Origin: Nitrospirota bacterium
GTDB taxonomy: Bacteria; Nitrospirota; Thermodesulfovibrionia; Thermodesulfovibrionales; SM23-35
Assembly: GCA_963796125.1 (NCBI GenBank)
Contig: CAWCKM010000050.1
Coordinates: 10,719-74,718 of the forward strand
Direction of reading: 5' to 3'
DNA: 64,000 nt
In this document: positions 42,886-55,280 of the stretch, one piece after another
How the letters are laid out: every line of letters begins with the position of its first letter
Numbering within the stretch: the stretch's first letter is position 1
Made by a program: the position numbers and the translations under genes
Notes under the pieces: generated by a model
Told to the model about the DNA's origin: nothing
Databases searched by the model: none
Seen by the model: only the letters and a program-made list of their open reading frames with translations

Positions 42886-43920
42886 ATGGCGCACCGTGAA
42901 CTCCCTATTCCAGCTCATTTCAATCCAGATAAAATAGGTGGCGTCTGGAAAGTTTCCTATCAGGAGAGATCCATAGAAGCTGAGAATTGGGCGAAGTTAC
43001 ATAATATAAAGCCTGCAGCCGATGACAGTTTTAAAATCTGTTTAGTTGCCGTAGATGTACAGAACACGTTCTGTATACCGGGGTTTGAACTCTATGTCGG
43101 CGGACGTTCAGGCACAGGGGCAATTGACGATAACCGCAGGTTGTGTGAATTCATTTACAGGAATCTTGAAATGATTACACAAATCTGTCCAACCATGGAC
43201 ACTCATCAAACCATGCAGATTTTTCACTCCATTTATGTAGTTAATGATAAAGGAGAACATCCTGCGCCTTTTACACTCATATCTGAAGAAGATATTCTTA
43301 AAGGTGTTTGGAAATTCAATCCTGCCCTTTGTTATAGTTTTCAGATCAATGAGGATTATGGACAACGGCACCTTCTTTACTATGCAAAAAAACTGAAAGA
43401 AGGCGGTAAATATGATCTTACGATATGGCCTTATCACGGCATGTTGGGAGGTATCGGTCATGCATTGGTTGCCGTTGTTGAAGAAGCGATATTCTTTCAC
43501 GGCATAGCCAGATACAGTCAACCTGATTTCCATATCAAAGGAGACAAACCATTTACAGAGCATTATTCTGTTCTCGGTCCGGAAGTACTCAAAGGCCATC
43601 AGGGAGAGCCAATCGGTCAGAAGAGCGACAAATTTTTCAGGAAGCTCCTGCAATTTGATGCGGTCATCATTGCAGGACAGGCAAAAAGTCATTGCGTAGC
43701 ATGGACAATTGACGATCTCTTACAGGATATTCTTACTCAGGACAGGAAGCTGGTAGAGAAAGTATATCTTCTTGAAGATTGTACATCTCCTGTTGTTGTA
43801 CCAGGAGTTATAGATTATACTGATCAGGCGAACGATGTATTCAAGAAATTCGCCAATGCCGGGATGCATGTAGTCCGTTCTACCGATCCAATAGAAAGCT
43901 GGCCGGGCATCAGGCTATGA
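42886..43920 (+). CDS. Isochorismatase/nicotinamidase-like cysteine hydrolase
   Basis: VDVQNTFC, MDTH, IWPYH, AGQAKSHCV, LLEDCTSPV. Confidence 0.8.
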   Translation: MAHRELPIPAHFNPDKIGGVWKVSYQERSIEAENWAKLHNIKPAADDSFKICLVAVDVQNTFCIPGFELYVGGRSGTGAIDDNRRLCEFIYRNLEMITQICPTMDTHQTMQIFHSIYVVNDKGEHPAPFTLISEEDILKGVWKFNPALCYSFQINEDYGQRHLLYYAKKLKEGGKYDLTIWPYHGMLGGIGHALVAVVEEAIFFHGIARYSQPDFHIKGDKPFTEHYSVLGPEVLKGHQGEPIGQKSDKFFRKLLQFDAVIIAGQAKSHCVAWTIDDLLQDILTQDRKLVEKVYLLEDCTSPVVVPGVIDYTDQANDVFKKFANAGMHVVRSTDPIESWPGIRL

Positions 43921-43941
43921 GATAGCGAGTAATATCCGGTT

Positions 43942-45175
43942 TCAGGGCTTGTAATATTTCCTTCTCTTTGGCAGGTACTCCTGCTCCACGTTCCCACCAT
44001 AATCATGCGGGTATTTATACCCTTTTCCATGTCCCAATTTCTTGGCACCCGGGTAATGGCTGTCTTTTAAATGGTCAGGAACTTCCATCGTCTCCTCGGT
44101 AGTAACATCGTCCAAGGCAGCCTCTATAGCCTTATAACAGGCATTGCTTTTAGGTGCATTTGCAACATAGATGGTTGCCTGTGCGAGTGGAATTTTGCCC
44201 TCCGGCATCCCGATAAACTCTACCGCCCTTAAAGCAGACGTTGCAATGAGCAGTGCCATTGGGTCGGCATTGCCTACATCTTCTGAGGCACAGATGACAA
44301 TTCGTCTTGCAATGAACCGTGGGTCTTCACCTGCATAAATCATTTTTGCAAGGTAATAGACTGCTGCATCTGGATCTGAACCGCGCATACTCTTTATAAA
44401 AGCAGAGATGGTATCGTAGTGCTGATCACCTTTTTTGTCGTAAACGACATGTTTTTTCTGGATCGACTCCTCTGCGATCTCAATGGTTATCCTTATCTGA
44501 CCATTGTCATCGGCTGGTGTTGTGAGGGCAGCAATCTCGAGTGCTGAAAGGGCTTTCCTCGCATCTCCATCAGACATCTCTGCAATATGCTGCATGGCAT
44601 CCTCATCCGCTGCTATTTGGAGATTACCCAGTCCGCGCTCTTTATCCTACGATAGCTCTTTTTATTACTACCAAAAGTTCTTCCTTTGATAAGGGCTTGA
44701 ATTGAAATACCTGACTCCTTGAAAGCAAAGTTGAATTAACATAGAAAAATGGATTTTCTACTGTTGCGGCTATAAGTATTATATTCCCTTCTTCAACGTC
44801 AGGCAGCAAAGCATCCTGCTGGAGTTTGTTAAACCTGTGAATCTCATCGAGGAAAAGGATTGTACGAATACCCTCACTCTTTTTCTTCTTCGCCTGCTGT
44901 ATAACCTTTCTCAGTTCATCGAGACCGATAGTAGCAGCATTAAGCCACTCAAAATCTGACTTTGTCTTCCTGGCAATTATTTTTGCAAGAGCTGTTTTAC
45001 CTATACCGGGCGGTCCATAGAGTATCAGTGATGTAATCCTGTCTGCTTCAATAGCCCTTCGGAGAAGTTTACCGGGGCCGAGAATATGTTTCTGTCCGAC
45101 ATACTCATCGAGAGTCCGGGGACTCATACGGTACGCAAGAGGTGGTGCAAGATTGTTCTTTTCGAATAGCTCCAT
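43942..45175 (-). CDS. rarA: Replication-associated recombination protein A (frameshift near 44645)
   Basis: PLAYRMSP, GPPGIGKT, DEIHRFNK, SAFIKSMRGSD, YKYPHDY. Confidence 0.92.
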
Positions 45176-45334
45176 GTTTTATGTTTGCTGATATAAAGTG
45201 GATTTTTCAAGCTCCCTAACTCCCCTCCCTTGGTAAGGAGGAGTTGAGAAAGTGAGAGATTTTCAACTTCTTATTGACAAAACTCATTACTTGTTTTACG
45301 ATTATTCTATCGATAAGATGAAAGGGGTATACAA

Positions 45335-45544
45335 ATGGCAACAACAACAATATCATCAAAATATCAGATTGTGATACCGAAAGATGTAAGAGAAAAACTC
45401 CATTTAAAAAGTGGGCAACAGATGACTGTTGTTGTAAAAGCTGGAGTTGTCTATTTAATCCCGGAAAAACCTCTGGAATCCTTTAAGGGATTTTTAAAAG
45501 GAATGAATGCAAAGAATATAAGAGAGGATAAAGAAAGGCAATGA
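45335..45544 (+). CDS. AbrB/MazE-like antitoxin
   Basis: ISSKYQIVIPKDVRE. Confidence 0.85.
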   Translation: MATTTISSKYQIVIPKDVREKLHLKSGQQMTVVVKAGVVYLIPEKPLESFKGFLKGMNAKNIREDKERQ

Positions 45545-45918
45545 TTCTTATTGATTCCTCCGGATGGATTGAATTCTTTACAGATGGTCCCCTTGCTGCT
45601 GAATATTCAAAATATCTGAAAGACCTTACAAGATTAGTAACTCCTACGATTATCCTTTATGAGGTCTATAAGAAAATAAAAAAAGACCGTACAGAAGAGG
45701 ATGCGTTATTTGCGGTGTCATTAATAAATAGAACATCCGTCATCCCATTAAATGAAAGCATAGCACTTCTTGCAGCAGACCTTAGCTTGAAACATTCACT
45801 TCCAATGGCTGATGCCATTGTTTATGCAACAGCACTGGAGGAAAACTGCAAAGTAGTAACGAGCGATACACATTTTAAAGGTCTTGATAGGGCAGTACTT
45901 GTTGGCAAAGAAGGATGA
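45541..45918 (+). CDS. vapC: VapC-like PIN toxin
   Basis: IDSSGWIEF, LPMADAIVYATA, TSDTHF; 4-bp overlap with antitoxin. Confidence 0.85.
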   Translation: MILIDSSGWIEFFTDGPLAAEYSKYLKDLTRLVTPTIILYEVYKKIKKDRTEEDALFAVSLINRTSVIPLNESIALLAADLSLKHSLPMADAIVYATALEENCKVVTSDTHFKGLDRAVLVGKEG

Positions 45919-46026
45919 GGGGAGATTTCATAAATATTTTCTGGATTCCCGTTTTCACGGGAATGACAGCAACCTGAATAAGCTACAAGAAATATATTTA
46001 TAAACTTAAGTTTATAGGAGGGTAGT

Positions 46027-47187
46027 ATGTTCCATACCGCAAATCCAAAGGACATTATTGAAGGAAAGATTACTGATGTATATTTTGAAAGGACTTTAAA
46101 GGTTCTTAAGGCCAAAGGTATAAATCCAGTCGTCAAAGCAGAATTCATAGCGAAAAGTCTTCCGGAAACCTGGCCATGGGCAATCTTTGCCGGTCTTGAA
46201 GAGGCGATGTACTTGATGAAACATCTTCCCATCAGGGTCAGGGCGATTGAGGAAGGTACAGTCTTTTATCCTTATGAACCGGTGATCGAAATAGAGGGTA
46301 GATACCAGGACTTCTGTGTTTACGAAACTGCTATTCTCGGACTAATTTGTCAGGCTTCAGGGGTTGCAACAAAGGCTGCGAGGTTTAAAAAACTTGCTGG
46401 TGAGAATCTCGTTGTCAGTTTTGGCGCCCGCAGGATGCACCCGATTCTTGCTCCGATGATTGAAAGAAATGCTTATATTGGCGGATGTGACGGTGTTGCA
46501 GTCGTAAAGTCAGGTGAATTGATTGGTGAGGACCCAACGGGTACCATGCCTCATGCTTTGATTATATGTTTTGGTTCTACTGTAGAAGCTTTGAAGGCTT
46601 ATGATGAGGTGCTGGAACCAAAAATCAAAAGGGTAGCACTCATTGATACATTTCTTGATGAAAAGTTTGAGTGCCTTAATGTGGCTGAAGCTCTCGGGAA
46701 AAGACTCTTCGCTGTAAGGTTCGATACACCGGGTTCGAGAAGAGGAAACTTCTACAGGATTCTCGAAGAATGCAGATGGGAATTGGATATGAGAGGATAT
46801 AAACATATAAAGTTTTATGCAAGCGGTGGTATAAAAGAAGAAGATGTCCCTGTCTTGAATCCTGTTGTTGATGGTTATGGAATCGGCACATCCATAAGCA
46901 ATGCTCCTGTTGTTGATTACGCTATGGACATCATGGAAGTCGAAGGAAAACCGAGAGCCAAAAGGGGAAAATGGTCCGGCAGTAAAAGGGTTCTCACCTG
47001 CCAAAAGTGTGGAGAGAGAAAAATTGTTCCGAATGATAAAAAACAGTACCTCAGTTCCTGCGGAAAAAAGTTCGAAGATGTTCTCATACCTGTTCTCGAC
47101 AAAGGAAGGTACCTAATTAAGATTGAAAAACCTTCCAAAATAAGAAAAAGGGTCATTGAGACTGTAAAATCCCTTCCTCTTGAGTAA
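46027..47187 (+). CDS. pncB: Nicotinate phosphoribosyltransferase
   Basis: TDVYF, FGARR, GTMPH, VRFDT, ASGG, GIGT. Confidence 0.88.
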   Translation: MFHTANPKDIIEGKITDVYFERTLKVLKAKGINPVVKAEFIAKSLPETWPWAIFAGLEEAMYLMKHLPIRVRAIEEGTVFYPYEPVIEIEGRYQDFCVYETAILGLICQASGVATKAARFKKLAGENLVVSFGARRMHPILAPMIERNAYIGGCDGVAVVKSGELIGEDPTGTMPHALIICFGSTVEALKAYDEVLEPKIKRVALIDTFLDEKFECLNVAEALGKRLFAVRFDTPGSRRGNFYRILEECRWELDMRGYKHIKFYASGGIKEEDVPVLNPVVDGYGIGTSISNAPVVDYAMDIMEVEGKPRAKRGKWSGSKRVLTCQKCGERKIVPNDKKQYLSSCGKKFEDVLIPVLDKGRYLIKIEKPSKIRKRVIETVKSLPLE

Positions 47188-47235
47188 TGCCCATACGTAA
47201 ACAGATTGTCAGACAATTCAAAATGCATAGAGATA

Positions 47236-47303
47236 GTCATGCTGAATTTATTTCAGTATCTCGTATTTTTTTACGACAGATCCTGAAACAAGTTCAGGAT
47301 GAC
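47236..47303. repeat. REP-like double hairpin (related half-copy at 45941-45968)
   Basis: GTCATGCTGAATTTATTTCAGTATCT...AGATCCTGAAACAAGTTCAGGATGAC. Confidence 0.6.
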
Positions 47304-47305
47304 AA

Positions 47306-48175
47306 TTGTCAGATAGCCTCTTAACCATGGGTTCCCTTTACATCCTCATTGCTATATTCCTCTGGAGTTCTCTGGGTATAGTCGTAAGGCTATCAGGTGT
47401 TGCAATACATATTCTTATCTTTTACTCACTCATAGTATCTATCGTTGTTCAGGGAATACTTTTATCCCAAAAAACTTACAGAAAAGAGATTCCCGATATC
47501 AAGATGCTTAGGTATCCTCTGATACTTGGCTTCTTTTCACTCTTGAATACATTCACTTACTTTTATGCATTCAAACATACCACAATAGCAAATGCAGTCC
47601 TCACGCACTACACAGCACCCCTGATTGTTGCATTCCTTGCGCCGCTGTTTCTAAGAGAGATAATTACAAAAAGGATTACCATTGTAATAATTATTGCCTC
47701 GATAGGCCTCTGGATCATGCTCGATGGATTTTCATTTGAAGAAGATCAAATGGCAGGTATTATGGCTGGTCTTTTTTCAGGACTTGCCTATGCAATAATC
47801 GTCATCTTCCTGAGGATGTATTCTCAAAAGTTTAATCCTCTTGTTCTTGCTTTCTTTTCTAATGCTTCTATTGCGGTCATACTCGCACCTTTCATAAGAG
47901 AGATTCCCCTCCATGCTTTATGGAGTTATCTCTTTATGGGGATTGTGCATTCAACTATTGCACCCATCTTATATTTCAAGGGGCTTCAACTTGTCACTGC
48001 CAACAAGGCAGCAGTTCTCGGTTACCTTGAACCTGTTTGTGCAATAATCCTCAGCATTTTCTTCTTGACCGAACTTCCGGGCATAAATTCAATTATCGGC
48101 GGGGTGTTGATTGTCTTTTCAGGTTATCTGACTTTGAGAGACCATGGAAAAAGCCCTGAAGCTCGAAAACGCTGA
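47306..48175 (+). CDS. DMT/EamA family transporter
   Basis: About 10 TM segments; HYTAPLIV, YLEPV. Confidence 0.85.
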   Translation: MSDSLLTMGSLYILIAIFLWSSLGIVVRLSGVAIHILIFYSLIVSIVVQGILLSQKTYRKEIPDIKMLRYPLILGFFSLLNTFTYFYAFKHTTIANAVLTHYTAPLIVAFLAPLFLREIITKRITIVIIIASIGLWIMLDGFSFEEDQMAGIMAGLFSGLAYAIIVIFLRMYSQKFNPLVLAFFSNASIAVILAPFIREIPLHALWSYLFMGIVHSTIAPILYFKGLQLVTANKAAVLGYLEPVCAIILSIFFLTELPGINSIIGGVLIVFSGYLTLRDHGKSPEARKR

Positions 48176-48239
48176 CGTACTGAAGTTCTGAAATACAAAT
48201 ACTTCAGAACTCAGAGTTTTAACTTTCAGGTCCTCATCC

Positions 48240-49465
48240 TCACCACCTTATGACATCTACAGGCTGGATTTTTGTTGCCTTGTTTGACGGATAGATGCCT
48301 GCCAATATACCAACTCCTACTGATGCAAGAAAAGATATCACAATTCCTGTTGGTGAAATTGTAAAGGGGAGACCTGAAACCATAAAGACAATAACCGTTG
48401 TTACAACACTTACTATCAAACCTACTGCGCCTCCACTAAAAGATATAAAGGCTGATTCAATGAGAAACTGAAGGACTAATGTCTTTCTTCCTTGAACCTA
48501 CTGCCCGCCTGTATTCCAATTTCAACCCTTCTTTCATTTACAATAAGAATCATAATAGACAATATCCCGATACCTCCGATGAAGAATGAAATCCCTGCTG
48601 CTATCCTGCCAAGAACCGTTATCATGGACATGGCCTGACTCTTCACTGCCATTACATCCTTTAAGTCAATTACAGTGAAATCATCTTGTTTGTCCTCGCT
48701 TATTCTATGCCGTTTTCTCAATATGTCTTCAATTCCAGCTTTTGCCAGAGGAATAGATTCCTCGTTGATGGCTTGAACAGAAATGCTGCCAATGTAATCT
48801 TTGTTAACAAACCTTCTGAGAAAGGTATTGAGGGGTATGAATATCTGATTATCCTGGTTAAATCCTGAAATATCGACACCTTTTTCTTCCATTAATCCTA
48901 TTACCTGACACGGAACCCTCCAGATCAGGATGTATTTTCCGATAGGGTTTGCATTGCCGAAGAGTTTGACTGCAACTTCGTTACCGATGACCGCCACCTT
49001 GTTGAAATTCTTGTTATCATTCTCAGTAATAAATCTGCCTTCCTTCACCCGGAAGTTTCTCACTTCTGTATAATTGGGTGTTACTCCCACAACGACCACA
49101 GATGTTAGAGTTATACCACCATACCTCACAGGGAATGCCTTGTTGCTTAATGGCGCAACAGCATTTATAAATGGAGAACCGTCAGAAATTGCTTTCGCAT
49201 CCCTTATGGTCAGAGTAGTAGCTTCACTTAATAGTCTTGTTTGAGTTCCGAATCTCCTCACAATACCACTTCTCACAATGAGGAGATTCTTCCCAAGACT
49301 TTCTACTTCCTTTTCGGTTTTCTTCGACAGAGAATCTGAGAGATTGGATACTACAACGAGGGAAAATGTTCCAAGAAAAACTCCAAGGATAGCTAAGGCA
49401 GTTCTCATCTTGAAGTTTGACATTGACTTCAGGGCAATTTTGAGATTCAGATAGATTCTTTTCAC
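48240..49465 (-). CDS. MacB-like ABC permease (frameshift near 48510)
   Basis: MacB periplasmic core; GGIGILSIM..ERRVEIG. Confidence 0.85.
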
Positions 49466-49674
49466 CTTTACTTATACCCCTCACCCCTAACCCCTCTCCC
49501 ACAAGGGAGAGGGGATTATGGAAGGCTGGATATAGTATCTGAGCGGTTTCTTTCGCCGACAGTCCTTGATCTCACTTAAAAAAATAAAGAGGCAAAAGTC
49601 TCGCAGGGCATTAGCCCGAGAATGAGCGAAGATACTATATCCAAGCCTTTATACTTATGGCTTATAATCAATTT

Positions 49675-50899
49675 CTATCCCCTTATCGCCTCAATAGGGT
49701 TCAGTTCTGCTGCTTTTTTTGCAGGCTGCAGGCCAAAACCAATTCCAATAAGCCCATGAAAGCAGCAGACCAACAACAAAGGCCTTCCAGGAAAAATGGA
49801 TAGGAAACTCAGCAATAGACATGAGGAGTTGTGAAGACAACAAAGCGAGTAAGAAACCGAAAAGTCCCCCTATGGTTGTAATGAATTACTGCTTCCAAGA
49901 GAAACTGTAAAAGGATATCTCTCTTTTTCGCGCCCGTTGACCTTCTAATCCCTATTTCGTTCGTCCTCTCTCTGACAGAGAGCAAAAAGAGATTTGCAAG
50001 GACAAATCCTGCAACAATTAACGAGATAATACCCTGTTACACCAAGAAACATGACAAGCGAACCAGTGAGGGCAACAAGGAATTTTATGATCTCCTTAGG
50101 TGAAATAATTGTAAAGTCATCAGGCTCCTCCCTCAGGAATCCTGTGTCTTTCCCTCAGAAATGATCTGAGTTCCTCAAGTAGTAGTACAGGTTTTCCTGA
50201 TCAACAAATCGTATTCTGAAGTGCAGATACATATTTTGTCTCATTTTGTAGTTTTCTCATCAGGGTTGTAATGGGAATAACAATCCTGTCATCAAGACGG
50301 TCACCCGATGGAGAAGTGCCCCTCTCGGATAGAACGCCAACAATCTGAACAGGTAATCCCTTTAACCAGTATGTATTTTCCGACAGGATCTTCATCTCCA
50401 AAAAGTTCGTCCGGCCACGTACTGACCAATAAGTCCCACATTTCTTAAGCCCTTTTACATCTTCATCTGTAAAATCAGAACCCTGTATGACAGGCCACGT
50501 CCAGACTCGACTGTAATCACTCGTTGAACCAATTATCAGGGTCTGATATTTTTTGTTCTTTATAGGAAACCGTAACATCCCCCATGCACGACATCGGAAC
50601 TACCAGATAGGCGCTGTCGAAAGCCTCTTTAACTGCTTCCACATCGTCGAGCGTGATTGTTTTCTGCCTCTGTCCTGCAGCCCTCGCCTCTTCACTTCCA
50701 CCGAATACCAGCAAGGAATCAGGTCCAAACCGTGCTACAATCTCAAAGGCTTTCTTGTATGCACCTTCTGTAGCTGCAACAATAACGGTGATAGAGGATA
50801 TTCCGAGTGCAACACTGAGCAAACAGAAGAAAGTCCTGAGTTTGAATGCCCTTACAGCCCTGATTGATTGGAATACAATATTTAAAAAGTCCTGTCCAT
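49675..50899 (-). CDS. Second MacB-like ABC permease (several frameshifts)
   Basis: Fragments [50 protein letters not shown]. Confidence 0.75.
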
Positions 50900-50905
50900 T
50901 CTTCC

Positions 50906-51575
50906 TTACTCAAATATAATTCCATCCTTTTATCTGAATAGATTCTCTTTGCATAGGAAGCAATTGAAGATTCATGGGTTATGAGCATCACCGTCTTTCC
51001 CTGTTCATTCATTTTCTTGAGAAGATTCATAATCTCTGTGGCTGTTTTACTGTCAAGTTGCCCTGTCGGTTCATCAGCAAGAAGCAGTTCAGGTTCATTA
51101 ATCAGTGCCCTTGCAATAGCAACGCGTTGCTGTTCACCTCCTGAGAGCTGAGTTGGTTTGAATTTTGCCCTTCCTCCAGGCCAACGAGCTTTAGAAGATC
51201 CATTGCATTTTTTTCCGCACTGTCTTTCTGTCCTCCAACATAAAGGGTCGGCAATAAAACATTTTCCAGAACTGTAGCATAGGGAAGGAGGTAAAAGTTC
51301 TGAAATACAAAACCGATATGTTCATTCCTGATCTCTGACAATTGATCGTCTGTAAGATTTGAGACCTCTCTGTCAGCTAATATATAGCGTCCTGATGTCG
51401 GAACATCAAGACATCCGATAATATTTAACAGGGTTGTCTTGCCCGAACCTGATGTCCCCATGATCGCTACAAACTCTCCCTTTTCTATCGAGAGATGAAT
51501 GCCCTTCAGAACCTCTACATCAATGTCGCCCATCCGGTACGTCTTTGTTATATTCTCCAATAAGCAGATGGGCAT
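50906..51575 (-). CDS. ABC transporter ATP-binding protein (frameshifted)
   Basis: [26 protein letters not shown]. Confidence 0.88.
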
Positions 51576-51593
51576 AATAAGTGTATCCGAATG

Positions 51594-52782
51594 TTAACTT
51601 TCGGGCTTTGGAGGTGCAGGCAGGATTAATTTTGTTGCAAGGACATCTCCTTCTTTAACGCCGGAAATGATCTCTGTCTTTTCTTCTCCTCTGATTCCAG
51701 TCTGTAATTCTACTTTCTGAACATTATGCGGGCCTAATACCTTATAGGCAATCTGTTTACCTTTTTCGAACTTTATGGCAGCATTTGGAGCGGTAAGCAA
51801 ATTGTCCCTTTCAGCAAAGATTATCTTCACATGGGTTGTCATTTCAGGCTTCAGGAAAAGAGCATCTTCCTTTGATACCTTTACGATTGCAAGATAATAG
51901 ACAATGTTTTCTTTAATAACAGGCTGTGGATAGATCTTTTCTATACTCCCATGAAAGAGTTTGTCCGGAAAGGTATCAACATAGTATTCGACCTGCTGGT
52001 CTTATCTTCACCTTGCCAATATCTGTTTCGTCAACATATATCCACATTTCAAGGAGTGCAGGGTCAAGTACGGTAACAAGATTTGCAACCTGAAGACCGG
52101 TAACGACAGTTTCTCCTTCCTGGGCAGTAACATCTGAGACAACTCCGTCTATCGGAGCATAGATATTTGTATATGTGAGTCGTATTTCCTGCTGCTTCAA
52201 CTGAGCAGTAATATCTTCAATGTTTGCCTTTGCTATCTTCAGTTGTGTTTTATATTCGTCCTGGAGCCTTTTGAGGATTGCCTCAGATGCTTCAAATTGA
52301 CTCTTTGCCTTGTCAACAGTATCTTTCGTAGTGTAGTCGTGTTTCAGAAGCTCCTGCTCCCGTTCATAATTTATCTTTGCATACTCAAAATTTGCTTTTG
52401 CTTCATTGATACGTTCCGGGTACGTCAGTTCAACCTGCGAAAGGGTATTACGTGCAGCACTGAGGGCAGCCGTCTGCTGTTCAATAGCCTTTTGGATCTC
52501 CCTGTCATCTATAAGTGCTATGACCTGTCCTTTTTTTACTCTATCGCCGATTTTTACATTCATCTGAACGATTTCTCCAGTTGCCCTTGCCCCAATTTTT
52601 ACCACTGCTCCAACCTGAGATTTTATAATCCCTGTTTCGACAATTACCCCTCTTAGGCTTCCTTTTTCTACTTTCGCAGTTTCTAAAACATTTATCTCAG
52701 GTTTGCTGAAAATCTTTTTATAACTAAAGAAACCAAGCCCGACGAGTATAATCGCAATAAGAATAAACCATATCTTCTTCAT
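51594..52782 (-). CDS. MacA-like periplasmic adaptor (frameshift near 51995)
   Basis: N-terminal TM, VKIGDRVKKGQ, IYAPIDGVV, VDETDIGKV. Confidence 0.88.
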
Positions 52783-52792
52783 GTAAATCTCG

Positions 52793-54113
52793 TTACTCGT
52801 TACTTGTTACTTGTTTCAAAGATTCAAGCTTTTCAATCCCCGCTGTCCTTTCTAATAATACTCTTGCCAGGATCAGGTTTAGCCTGCGAATTAGTGAATT
52901 GTTCTCTTGCAGATGCAAGAAGACTTTCAGCCTGAACAAGAGAGAGGATATCAGCCTTCCCAACCTTATACTCTCCAAAGGCCTGAGAATAGTTCTGCTC
53001 TGCCTGCTTGAGCTGTTGTTGTGCGACCTGCAGATTGTTCGAAGCAGTAATCAAATCCTCATATGCCTTATTGACATCGAGCAACAATTGTCTCTTCAGA
53101 TCATTCAGATTTTCCAGCGATACTCCCTTTTCAAACTCCGCTGACTTTGCCCTGAAAAATTTCCCCAGTTCGAATATATTCCATGTTGCTGTGAGACCAA
53201 GTATCTTCTCTTCGGGGATAGCAGCCTGCCCTGTAGCCAACCCGCGTATGCCCCCGGAAGTTTTTTGATATGAAGCATTTGTTGTTATGAGAGGATAAAA
53301 ACTACTGAGTGAAATGGATTTGTTATTTTCTGCAATTTTCAGGGAGTCCTCTGCCTGTTTTATCTCAGGTCTCTGCAATACGACACTTGATAATGTATTC
53401 CTGTCAGGAAGTTTAACCTCCATATCAAGAGAGCCTTCAATTTCATAGTGACTGTCGAGAGGTTTCCCTATCAGGGAATTGAGTTCTAGGACTGCCTTTT
53501 TTAATTCACCCTCAGCCTGGACCAAAGCAAACTTTGCCTGTTCAAACCGAACAGATGCCTGAAGCACATCAAGGAGTTTTGCAACGCCAAATTTGTATCT
53601 TCCCTCCGCAACCTCATAGTCTTTTTGTGCATCCTGAAGCTGTATCTTTCTCTGTTCCAATGTATCTCTTCTTGCAATTGAAGTATAAAATGCTGTCTTG
53701 ACGTTGAATTCAAGATCAAGGAGACTCTTTCGGAGATCTTCCTTGCTGATATCAAAGTTTAATCTTGCAATATTTCTTGATGCCTTTCTGTTTCCTCCAT
53801 CAAAGAGCGTATATGATAATGTAACTTCATAAGAACTTGTCGAAAAATCATCTGGAGATGTATAGAATCTTTGCTGTACCGTTGATGCATCAAGGCTTGG
53901 TATATAGGGGCCGAGTGAGGCACTATACAGTGCTTCTGTAGACCTTGTCCGTATCATGGATGCCTTATAAAAAGGCAGCGTTTCCTTTGATAAGGATATT
54001 GCTTCATCAAGAGTCAGGGAATAGGAAGTTTGGTATATCAAAACCATGCTAATAAGGATAATACAGCCCAATACCAACGTATGTTTTATGAATGTATTCA
54101 CAAAAACCTCCAT
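52793..54113 (-). CDS. TolC family outer membrane channel
   Basis: YTLFDGG, helical OEP repeats; frameshift near the 3' end. Confidence 0.85.
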
Positions 54114-54208
54114 TCTTCTCAAGTAATGTGTTATTTTACATCATTCTATGCCACAAAATGACACCGAAGACAGGATTATTGTGATATCAGCAATCAAAGA
54201 TAACTAAC

Positions 54209-55105
54209 ATGGATCCTGTAACACATAGTCTTGCTGGTGCAACAATATATAATCTCGGTTTCAGACGGAAATTATCAATGCTGGTTTTGATCCTGTCCTC
54301 GACTGCGCCAGACTTTGACTATGTAACACGCTTCTGGGGGATGGATATTTTTCTCAGGTATCACAGGGGTATCACACACGGGATACTTTTTCTTTTTCTC
54401 GTACCACTGGTAATCGGTCTCATATTCGGCCTCAGAAAAGGCTTTCTCTATTATTTCTTCATCGCCTTCCTCGGATATGGAGCACATCTTTTCATGGACC
54501 TCACAAACCAGTATGGGACAAGAATCCTCTCACCCCTTGACTGGCAACAGTACTCTCTCGACCTCACATTTATTATTGATCCATATATAACCATAGGTCT
54601 ACTCTTATCAGTTGTTCTGTGCTGGTTTAATAAGAAAAGATCCTTCGTCATAGCGCTCACTACTCTGATTCTCTTAATAGCTTATACAGGTGGTAGATAT
54701 TATCTACAGGGACAATCAAAATATTTTTTAAAGGAAAAGATCGAGGCCAATACATACACACTGTATCCTCTTCCAAACGACTTCCTCCGGTGGTGGTTCG
54801 TTGTAGGATCGGGTAATGAAATAACCGTAGGGTTTGCAGACCTCTTTACCCAAAGGGTATGCATACAGGAGACATACAGAATGGTAAATAGAGACCCCTA
54901 TATTGAACAGTCAAAGGAAAGCAGGGTCGTGAAAAATTTTCTCTACTTTGCAAAATACCCTTATGCCCAGGTCAGAACCGATAAAGACAGGACGGTGGTC
55001 ATCTGGCATGAGCTTGCCTACTCTTTTATGGCAGGAGACCATTTCGTTGCAAAAGTGTTTTTTGACAAAGATGGTAAACTCCTGAACTCATACTTCACGT
55101 TTTAA
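54209..55105 (+). CDS. YdjM-like membrane metal-dependent hydrolase
   Basis: MDPVTH, PDFD, HRGITH, HLFMD, IIDP. Confidence 0.85.
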   Translation: MDPVTHSLAGATIYNLGFRRKLSMLVLILSSTAPDFDYVTRFWGMDIFLRYHRGITHGILFLFLVPLVIGLIFGLRKGFLYYFFIAFLGYGAHLFMDLTNQYGTRILSPLDWQQYSLDLTFIIDPYITIGLLLSVVLCWFNKKRSFVIALTTLILLIAYTGGRYYLQGQSKYFLKEKIEANTYTLYPLPNDFLRWWFVVGSGNEITVGFADLFTQRVCIQETYRMVNRDPYIEQSKESRVVKNFLYFAKYPYAQVRTDKDRTVVIWHELAYSFMAGDHFVAKVFFDKDGKLLNSYFTF

Positions 55106-55280
55106 AATTTGCTGTTATCTCAAGGACTTTAACAGTTGAGTTTATTTCTATTGACTCCTTTATAAATCCTTCATTAAAATAGCCGCCAGGGGAAAGTTTT
55201 TACCAGAGGCTAAGGAAGGAAACCACTAAAATCCCTCTTAGAGGGATGTCAAAACATGTAAAAAGGAGGTTGGAAAGTTT

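Noticed and set aside
55180-55260. Riboswitch upstream of carbonic anhydrase
   Set aside because: Only a small hairpin; no convincing match to c-di-GMP, Moco or other aptamers by eye.
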